The position numbers and the translations under genes are program-made. The notes beneath the pieces were generated by a model that saw nothing but the letters and a program-made list of their open reading frames with translations, searched no databases and was not told the DNA's origin. Positions 1-7,306 of a stretch of DNA of 7,434 nt are shown here, one piece after another. Numbering within the stretch: position 1 is the first letter of the stretch; every line of letters starts with the position of its first letter. The DNA comes from Octopus sinensis (Eukaryota): positions 1 through 7,434 of the forward strand of contig NW_021828865.1 in NCBI RefSeq assembly GCF_006345805.1, read 5' to 3'.

Positions 1-149
1 GAAGAGGAAAAAAGAAGAAGAAGATGAAGACGATGAAGGTGGTGGTGGTGGTTATGCAAACGAATAGAAGGAAATGGAGGTTGGGATGAAGGGGAGAGGA
101 AAGGAAAAGGAGGCGTTTTATGATGACAGAGAGAGAGAGAGAGAGAGAG
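1..149. repeat. Purine-rich low-complexity tract: (GAA)n, (GGT)n and (AG)n
   Basis: Seen directly: gaagaagaag and ggtggtggtggt near the start, and an (AG)n run at ~128-149. Confidence 0.8.
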
Positions 150-166
150 GTACATTTGTATAAGAA

Positions 167-295
167 TGTATATATGTATGTGTGTATATGTGTGTATGTA
201 CGCATGTATTCATTATGTATGTATGTATGTATGAGTGTATGTATGTACGTATGCATGTATGTGTATAAATGTATAAATGTATGTATGTGTGTGTA
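167..295 (+). repeat. Degenerate (TATG)n/(TG)n microsatellite
   Basis: Seen directly: repeated tatg and tgtg units with interruptions. Confidence 0.9.
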
Positions 296-305
296 TTTTA
301 TTCAA

Positions 306-492
306 TATACATACATATTCGCACATGCATACGTACACACACACCCACACACATATATATATATATATATACACATACATACATACATACATACATACAT
401 ACATACGTACATACATACATATATACATACATACATACATATATACATACATACATACATGCATACATACATACATGCACATATATATATAT
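306..492 (+). repeat. Compound (TACA)n/(CA)n/(TA)n microsatellite
   Basis: Seen directly: long catacataca runs. The unit is the reverse complement of the flanking (TATG)n arrays. Confidence 0.95.
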
Positions 493-515
493 AGGTTTAC
501 AAACGCGCATACACA

Positions 516-593
516 TAGAGACAGAGAGAAAGAGTGAGAGAGAGAGAGAGAGAGAGGGAAATAGAGAAAGAGACAGAGATAGAGAGGGAGAGA
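516..593 (+). repeat. (AG)n-rich purine tract
   Basis: Seen directly: agagagagag with acag, atag and ggag variants. Confidence 0.9.
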
Positions 594-888
594 ACAGGCG
601 AGGGTATCTCCGATGCAAACTGTGTCCATCCGGATGTGAGAAGTGTTTCAGGCAGTTATTCCGTACGATGCAAGAAGCGAAACCGTTGATCGAGGCCCGC
701 TACTTTATCCCTACCTCTGGTTCCTCCCCCCAATTACTCCCCCATCTGCTTTCACACTAAAGACGGACATAAAACATGTCGAGAGTAGGGCGAGGGCGTG
801 GGGCGACTCATGTTAATGAAGACTACAGCTAAAAGTAGAGCGACACGGACATATTTGTATGCAGTGAGGAAGATCTTTGAGCGGCATC

Positions 889-1490
889 GTATGCATATAT
901 GTATGTATATATGTATGTATGTATGTATGTACGTAGTATGTATGTATGTATGTATGTATGTATGTATGTATGTATGTATGTACGTATGTATGTATGTATG
1001 TATGTATGTATGTATGTATGTATGTATGTATGTATATATGTATTTATGTATGTATGTATGTATGTATGTATGTATGTATGGATGGATGGATGGATGTATG
1101 TATGTATGTGCGTATGTATGTATGTATGTATGTATGTATGTATGCATGTATGTGCGTATGTATGTATGTATGTATGTATGTATGTATGTATGTATGTATG
1201 TATGTATGTATGGATGGATGGATGTATGTATGTATGTGCGTATGTATGTATGTATGTATGTATGTATATATGTATGTATGTATGTATGCATGTATGTATG
1301 TATGCATGTATGTGCGTATGTATGTATGTATGTATGTATGTATGTATGTATGTATGTATGTATGTGCGTATGTATGTATGTATGTATGTATGTATGCATG
1401 TATGTGTATGTATGTATGTATGTATGTATGTATTGTATGTATGTATGTATGTGTGTATGTATGTATGTATGTATGGATTGATGGATGGAT
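889..1490 (+). repeat. ~600 bp (TATG)n tetranucleotide array with (GGAT)n blocks and TGCG/TGCA variant units
   Basis: Seen directly. GGAT blocks lie at ~1080-1095, ~1212-1223 and ~1474-1490. Confidence 0.98.
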
Positions 1491-1494
1491 TTCA

Positions 1495-1709
1495 GTGTGT
1501 GTTTTGTGCCTGTTTGTCCCCCACCACATCACTTTAAACCGATGATGGTGTGTTTATGTCCCCGTAACTTAGCATTTCGACAGAAGAGATCAATATAATA
1601 AGTACTACGCTTACAAAGAATAAGTCTGGAGTGTACGATTTCTTTGAGTAAAAGGCTTTAAGGCGGTGCTCCAGCATGACCGCAGTCAAATGACTGAAAG
1701 AAGTAAAAG
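1495..1709 (+). mobile_element. SINE family A (octopus-type CORE-like tRNA SINE), 3' half, copy 1
   Basis: Aligns by eye to 2035-2230: tgtttgtcccc...ccgatg.tggtgtgttta...cttacaaagaataagtc...aaggcggtgctccagcatg.ccgcagtcaaatgactgaaa. The assignment to the octopus OK/OR SINE group is from recall and is not verified. Confidence 0.9.
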
Positions 1710-1744
1710 TATATATATTTTTTTTTTGTTTTATTCTTTCATTC

Positions 1745-1910
1745 TTTAATTCGTTTCAATCATTTGACTGCGGCCATGCAGGAGCACCACCTTTAGTCGA
1801 TAAATCGACCCCAGGACATATTCTTCGTAAGACTAGTACTTATTCTATCGTTCTCTTTTTGCCGAACTGCTAGTTGACGGGGGGCCATAAACACAGCAAC
1901 TGCGGTTGTG
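1745..1910 (-). mobile_element. SINE family A, 3' portion, copy 2 (inverted)
   Basis: The plus strand reads gtttcaatcatttgactgcggccatgcaggagcaccacctttagtcga...tattctatcgttctctttttgccgaactgc, the reverse complement of the tail in copies 1 and 3. Confidence 0.92.
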
Positions 1911-1945
1911 ATTTATATATATATATATATACTGTATATATATAT

Positions 1946-1973
1946 AAAGAAGCCCGTCGTATATATATATATA

Positions 1974-2013
<40 letters not shown>

Positions 2014-2248
2014 ATGTCTGTGTGTGTATGTTTGTGTGTCTGTGTTTGTCCCCCTAGCATTGCTTGACAACCGATGCTGGTGTGTTTACATCGCCGTCAC
2101 TTAGCGGTTCGGCAAAAGAGAGCGATAGAAGAAGTTCTGGGATTACAAAGAATAAGTCCCGGGATCGATTTGTTCGACTAAAGGCGGTGCTCCAGTATGG
2201 CCGCAGTCAAATGACTGAAACAGGGAAAAGAGTAAAAGAGTAAAGAGT
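1946..2248 (+). mobile_element. SINE family A, copy 3: end of body, internal (TA)n(TG)n microsatellite and complete 3' tail
   Basis: Starts aaagaagcccgtcg (homologous to the end of the minus-strand head copy at ~3323-3337), then an internal microsatellite at ~1960-2040, the conserved tail, and short terminal repeats aaaagagtaaaagagtaaagagt. Confidence 0.93.
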
Positions 2249-2268
2249 ATATATATATATATATATAT

Positions 2269-2349
2269 GGAGTGGCTGTGTGGTATGTAGCTTGCTAACC
2301 AACTGCGCGGCATCTTGGGCAAGTGTCTTCTACTATAGCCTCGGGCCGA
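2269..2349 (+). mobile_element. SINE family A 5' head plus CORE-like domain, copy 4 (B-box region deleted, 3' truncated)
   Basis: ggagtggctgtgtggta is A-box-like. cttgggcaagtgtcttctactatagcctcgggccga resembles the CORE motif CCTTGGGCAAGT. Homologous to the reverse complement of 3375-3480. Confidence 0.85.
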
Positions 2350-2457
2350 ACGTTGACGTTCTCAAATGATCTTTGTACTTGTGATATTTTACTGTTTTTA
2401 CCCCCATATCTTCGTGAGTTGTCTTTGAGTAAACATTATCTGAGAGAAGTTTTCTTA

Positions 2458-3004
2458 AAGTAGTGCCAAACTTTACAAGGCGTTTTACGAGACCCCTGGC
2501 TTACGAGTTTTATAAGGTTAAATAGCTATTTTGTGAACGAATTGCAAACGTTTTTACCACCATAACAAATGCTTCTGTGTGTTACGGATAAATTTATAGA
2601 GAGGGGGAAAAATGCTTCTTCTAAACAAACAAATCTACACTTGTTTTTATAAAAGAAATCTACAACTCTGTCTACGAGTGCTTGTGAATTGGCGATCGCA
2701 TCTACAAAGGATGGTGTGCGCGGGTCTAGTGTGAGTGAAGAAAACGGTTATAATAACAAGATTTTTTTATTATAAATGATCATTTTTTTTTTACTTTACA
2801 TAAAATATTCTTTACAATTTACTGTTGTTTTATTGTCATTTATTTACGAGTTTTATAAATTTTATAAGTAAAATATTTTGTTCTGGGAACGAATTACGAT
2901 TTATAACATTACTACTATGGAAAAGTATTGCTCTGCTTTACGAGTTTTCGCTTTACAAGTGGTCTCTGGGAATAAATTAATTCGTATATCGAAGCATTAC
3001 TCTG
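2458..3004. mobile_element. Probable decayed non-autonomous pogo/Tigger-like (Tc1/mariner superfamily) DNA transposon or MITE
   Basis: The right end reads inward as cagagtaatgcttcgatatacgaattaatttattccc, resembling recalled Tigger-type termini (CAGTRRTRCCTCGAxATACGAxTTAATTCGTTCC). The subterminal ggaacgaatta...cattactactatggaaaa...ttacgagttttcgctttacaag is also typical. The putative left end (aagtagtgcc...ttttacgagacccctggcttacgagtttt) is degenerate, so the left boundary is uncertain. No transposase ORF. Confidence 0.6.
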
Positions 3005-3268
3005 TGTGTGTGCTTGTCCCCATCCCCATCACCTTGACAACTAGTGCTGGTGTGTTTTTGCCCCCGTAAATTAGCGGTTCGGCAAAAGTTACCGATAAAA
3101 TAAATACTAGGCTTAAGATATGTACTCGGGTCGATTCGTTCGACACAAAAAAGCCGTTCAAGGTGGTGCTCCAGCTTGGCTCTGTCACAGCATGGTCCTC
3201 CCCCAGCATTAAGGCAGTGCCCCAGCACGGCCGCTGTCAAATGACTGAAACAAGTAAATAAGTAAATA
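3004..3268 (+). mobile_element. SINE family A, 3' half, copy 5 (diverged, with internal duplication)
   Basis: ttgtcccc...cttgacaac...gctggtgtgttt...ttagcggttcggcaaaag...gggtcgattcgttcgac...gtcaaatgactgaaacaagtaaataagtaaata aligns to copy 3. Confidence 0.9.
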
Positions 3269-3317
3269 TATATGTATGTGTGTGTGTGTGTGAGTGTGTA
3301 CGTATATAAGCATTTAT

Positions 3318-3486
3318 ATATACATCGGGATTTTTTCAGTTTCCATCTAGCTAAATCTACCTACAAGGCATTGGTCAGCCCGAGGCTATAGTAGAAGACA
3401 CTCGCCCAAAGTGCCACCTATTTTGGCTGAATCAGGAGCCATGAAGTTGGGAAGCCAACATCTCACCCCACAGCCATCCTTGCACC
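3318..3486 (-). mobile_element. SINE family A 5' half (tRNA-like head plus CORE-like domain), copy 6
   Basis: The minus strand reads ggtgcaaggatggctgtggggtgag...catggctcctgattcagcc...ggcactttgggcgagtgtcttctactatagcctcgggctgacc...gatggaaactgaaaaaatcccgatgtata. It shares a 25 bp exact match with copy 4 and overlaps the start of copy 3 in homology. Confidence 0.88.
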
Positions 3487-3794
3487 TACATATTTACCTC
3501 TACATATATCCATATGTGTATATGTTTGTATAAACTCACATACACGCTATTAGTTCAATGTGTTGGGTGTAATTTGTTATTGTAAAGAAACTGTATGAAT
3601 CACAACAGAAAATTTAGTGAATGGCGAATTCAAAACGAAAATTTGAATAAACATTGTTATAAAATTCATTCTGACTTAGTCTTTAAGTTTCAACTCAGGT
3701 CGTATTCAATCAGAAGGTGGATGAACGATCAGACAAAATCAGGTGAAATGATTTTATGATATACAGGCATATATATATATATGTGTGTGTGTTG

Positions 3795-3850
3795 TATTCT
3801 TTAGTTCTTTTGACTAGCTTCGGCTCGAGACGTGCAACAGTGTTGGAACA
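3795..3850 (-). mobile_element. Possible highly decayed SINE family A 3' tip
   Basis: ttcttttgactagcttcggctcgagacgtgcaacagtgttggaaca loosely aligns to the inverted tail ctttacttgtttcagtcatttgactgcggccatgctggagca. The match is short and gapped. Confidence 0.3.
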
Positions 3851-3953
3851 AGTTTTGGTTTCGCTACGCCTTCATTACTTGAAAAATCATTTCGTGTGTG
3901 GTATGTGGAACATGGTGAGAGAAGGGGGTTGATATTGCTGGCTTTTATACTAC

Positions 3954-4275
3954 GGCACTCCGTCGGTTACGAGGACGAGGGTTCCAGTCGATCCAATCAG
4001 CGGAACAGCCTGCTCGTAAAATTACCGGGGAGATTCAGCGTGAGACAGAGCGGGACAAGGCTGGCCCCTTTGAAATACAGGTACAACAGAAACAGGAAGA
4101 GAGAGTGAGAAAAATTTGTGGTGAAAGATTACAGCTGGGATCGCCACCGTCCCTACCGGAGCCTCGTGGCTTTAAGTGTTTTCGCTCAGTAAACGCTCAC
4201 AACGCCCGGTCTACGAATCGAACCTATAACCTATAACCGCGAGTCCGCTACCCTAACCACTGGGCCAGTGACCCA
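3954..4275 (-). mobile_element. Second tRNA-derived SINE (family B, octopus-type), near full length
   Basis: Minus-strand A-box TGGCCCAGTGG (4257-4267) and B-box GGTTCGATTC (4215-4224) at tRNA-like spacing, followed by a ~260 bp non-tRNA body with a pyrimidine-rich middle, ending ...cgtaaccgacggagtgcc. Resembles a recalled abundant octopus SINE; exact family name not verified. Confidence 0.88.
4215..4267 (-). promoter_or_regulatory. Type 2 RNA polymerase III internal promoter (A and B boxes) of SINE family B
   Basis: The A-box matches TRGCNNARYGG. The B-box reads GGTTCGATTCG against consensus GGTTCGANNCC, one mismatch. Confidence 0.7.
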
Positions 4276-4287
4276 CTCATATAACGA

Positions 4288-4505
<218 letters not shown>

Positions 4506-4611
4506 ATACGTAAAATAAATACACAGTTATGTATACACGGATGGATGTGCCAGTTTGTGCGTGGAAATTTTAATGTATGCATACGTAAACGAGCGTGCGC
4601 ACACATGCAAA

Positions 4612-4652
4612 CACACACACATATATACATACATACATACAAACAAACATAC

Positions 4653-4728
<76 letters not shown>

Positions 4729-4732
4729 TACA
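4612..4732. repeat. Compound (CA)n/(TACA)n/(TA)n microsatellite
   Basis: Seen directly. Confidence 0.95.
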
Positions 4733-5137
4733 TGTGCTAATCCGTTATTTTCATCCTTCTATATCTCTGCGACAAATCTACCTGAAGCTGTTGCTATTAC
4801 AGTATATATAATATATACTCATCGCTGTACTTTTACGTGAAGATAGAAATCTCATTGTGTAGATGAAGCTTGCCCATGCGCAAAGATTATGTCATAAACT
4901 ACATCATAAATATATAATTCCTGTCCTGTAAGGCCTTCTTAACAAAATGTGGTGAGAGGGAACAGTTTCAATATCTCCATAGCCTCAAAACTATGGAGAG
5001 ATTTATGTCAACACGACTGGAGTTCATGTCTTGGATTTCGTAACATGCGATTCTATACTTTTGGGATTGTTTTCGAATCTATTCTTGTTTCTGTTCATGG
5101 ACATTACATGCGTCAGTGACAAAACAGTATACATAAT

Positions 5138-5329
5138 ACATGCATGCATACATACATATATACATACATACATACATACATACATGTATATAAATACATG
5201 CAAAATTATGTAAATGTATATGTATATATGTATATATATATATATATATATACTACATATATGTATATGTATATATATAGAGAAAGAGAGATAGATAGAT
5301 AGAGAGATAGAGAGATAGATGATAGATAG

Positions 5330-5398
<69 letters not shown>
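5138..5398 (+). repeat. Compound (TACA)n, (TA)n and (AGAT)n microsatellite
   Basis: Seen directly. The (AG)n/(AGAT)n block spans ~5279-5398. Confidence 0.95.
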
Positions 5399-5483
5399 GT
5401 AGTGTGTAGAATACCGCCTCCTAAAATCAGAGCCATGGCTCAAAACCTCCTTAAAACTCACTTTATTTTACCTTATCAATATT

Positions 5484-5495
5484 AATATATATTTG

Positions 5496-5528
<33 letters not shown>

Positions 5529-5683
5529 AATATATATATATATATGCATATATATATATATTATATATATATATATAAATACATATAACAAACATATGTA
5601 TGCATATATATATATATATAATATATATATACAACATATGTATGCATATATATAATACTTATATATGCATACATACATCATAC

Positions 5684-5738
<55 letters not shown>
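5484..5738. repeat. Interrupted (TA)n/(TACA)n microsatellite
   Basis: Seen directly. aacatatgtatgcatatatata is duplicated at 5591-5612 and 5633-5654. Confidence 0.95.
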
Positions 5739-5760
5739 AACACCAGTAATAATAGTAACT

Positions 5761-7143
5761 CAAAAGCCACCGTCATTGCAGAGAAACTGTCAAAAACATA
5801 CAACGTTTTGCTTGATGAAAAACTGTTACAAAGAAATTTGAAACAGCGGAAAGTCATAAATATTTGAGGCTACATGAGGAGGACGATGGAATTAAAACCT
5901 GAAAATTTTGAGAGAAAAAAATCAGAAAAGGATGCTATCGCAGAGTAAAGGCAATGCTCATAACAAAGCTGACCACAGGAAACTGGTTACAAGGAATTAA
6001 TACTTTAGCCATACTAGTCGGAACTCATAGTTTAAATATAATTGATTAACTGGTCAATTGATAGACTCTGGAAGCTTGAGGGAAAAATTCAGAAATATGT
6101 GACAATGAATAGAATGCACCACCCTAGTCAGATATATAATGACTTCGGTCACCAAGAAGATGAGGAAGCTGTGGACAACCACGGGTTGAATTGTCACTGA
6201 GAGATGTCACGGTTGGCGTAAGGTCTTATCTGAAAAACTCATAAGACGGATGCAAAAACTTGCTGTAAAGAAGAAATACAGCCAAAAATGATATTCAGAA
6301 ACAAGAGAGGCAAGAGCATATTCAAAAGAATTTACCCCAGATTTGTATGGACTAGGAACAAGCACAGAAAGAGCTAAAACATGAAAACCTTTACTAATAA
6401 CGCAGACTTGAGTAATTTTGCCGGCCATTGGTAAGAAAAGCCTCTCGTGGTGATTATCCAGAAAGAGCTAACAATGCTAATTTTGACAAAACTCTTACCC
6501 ATCAGTGGTTAGCGTCCTCTGGCTTAAAATCAAAGACAGATGAGTTAATCATAGCAACCCAGGGTCAACGAGTATCTATATGAAGCTATCAGTCTGACAT
6601 CTTAAACAACGGTAGTAGCTCAACATGTCGAGGGTGTAAAAAATAATCAACCTGAAACTATCAATCACACTGCCTCTTCCGCCCTCAGGCATAATATTTC
6701 AACAAGCTTGATAGGGCTGCAGAGTATATCCACTGGGTAATGTGCAATGAGCTGAACCTGCCCCATCTAGAAACTGGTGGGAGCAAAAACTAAACACAAC
6801 ACTCCTATGGAACTTTTCTGTTCAAATTAACAGAATGACATGCAAATAGGTCAGATATTATATGGAAGTTATTCAAACGAAAATAATCCTTCCTCATCGG
6901 TATAATTGTCGCAATAGATATACCTGTATCCGTCAAGAAATACCAAATTTGAGCAAGCACAAGCATTTTGAAATAGAAATTGGCAAAATTGTGGAAGCTT
7001 AAGAGTAGATCGATACCCTAGAAATATAGCAAATGAGGTTGATTATTACGTGTCTCAAATCGCTGGGGAATCGATCAATGAAAGAAACGCAGAAAATACT
7101 GCCTCGTGGAGACTACTCATATTCTATAAAAATACTGTCTCTA
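5761..7143 (+). pseudogene. Disrupted ORF of the R4/Dong-like element: RT C-terminus/thumb, zinc knuckle, PD-(D/E)xK-type endonuclease
   Basis: HKYLR at 5855-5869 (cf. YKYLG); IRKGCYRRVKAMLITKLTTGNWLQGINTLAILVGTHSLNII at 5921-6043; KIQKYVTMNRMHHP ending 6125; SDI**LRSPRR*GSCG (cf. DxxRLYLPRxxGGRGL); W*EKPL/GDYP; HQWLASSGLKSKTDELIIATQGQ; CRGC at 6626-6637 and ETINH at 6654-6668; DRAAEYIHWVMC; TLLWNFSVQ; ANRSDII at 6842-6862 (cf. NRPDI); LSKHKHFEIEIGK (cf. KLSKYKDLEIEI); ETTHIL at 7109-7126 (cf. GTAHILRK). Many stops and frameshifts. Confidence 0.88.
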
Positions 7144-7306
7144 CAATTCCAAAAAAAGTTTTTAGACTTATTTTCCGAAGCACAAATTCAAGGCATACAA
7201 TTGAAATACTGACTCTCATCAAATTACGCCCTGCCCCCAAAACATAGCAAGGGCTTTTGAGTGAGACTTGGGCTCAGCTCGTGCACACACAAAGCAAAAT
7301 CCAAAT
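5761..7306 (+). mobile_element. 5'-truncated, decayed R4/Dong-clade non-LTR retrotransposon (RT plus CCHC plus restriction-like endonuclease)
   Basis: Manual translation across stops and frameshifts gives motifs in the canonical R4/Dong order (see the pseudogene feature), then a ~160 bp 3' UTR ending caaagcaaaatccaaat, followed by a trinucleotide microsatellite. Confidence 0.9.

Noticed and set aside
596-760. Peptide YLRCKLCPSGCEKCF resembling the start of a C2H2 zinc finger
   Set aside because: No correctly spaced His pair follows, the upstream frame is microsatellite, and the preceding tract is purine-rich so there is no plausible splice acceptor.
120-1545. Ten overlapping long ORFs (MYVC / HTYI repeats)
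   Set aside because: These are stop-free translations of (TATG)n and (TACA)n microsatellites on both strands, with no protein-like complexity.
2092-2165. Possible self-cleaving ribozyme (hammerhead, hairpin or twister) in the SINE tail
   Set aside because: Some pairing and AGAA/GUC words are present, but I could not place a complete catalytic core: no CUGANGA...GAAA, no hairpin loop B and no twister pseudoknots.
2878-3240. Short ORFs 2878-3069, 2977-3240 and 2997-3209
   Set aside because: They span the MITE/SINE junction and have no recognisable domain; likely chance frames.
1660-3250. Recurrent aaggcggtgctccagcatggccgcagtc motif as a CRISPR-like repeat
   Set aside because: Irregular spacing, both orientations, embedded in longer homologous SINE bodies, eukaryotic context and no cas genes.
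3671-3748. Candidate micro-exon (ctgac branch-like site, ctcag acceptor at 3698, caggtgaaa donor)
   Set aside because: Weak pyrimidine tract, two intervening AG dinucleotides and a weak donor; not supportable without RNA-seq.
4200-4275. Genuine tRNA gene on the minus strand
   Set aside because: A and B boxes are present, but the acceptor and anticodon stems do not pair well, there is no T-run terminator, and the sequence continues into a SINE body.
6207-6428. 73 aa minus-strand ORF
   Set aside because: Antisense to the decayed LINE ORF with no independent coding signal.
7050-7247. 65 aa plus-strand ORF
   Set aside because: Begins with a few residues of the LINE C-terminal frame, then runs out of frame into the 3' UTR; not a separate gene.
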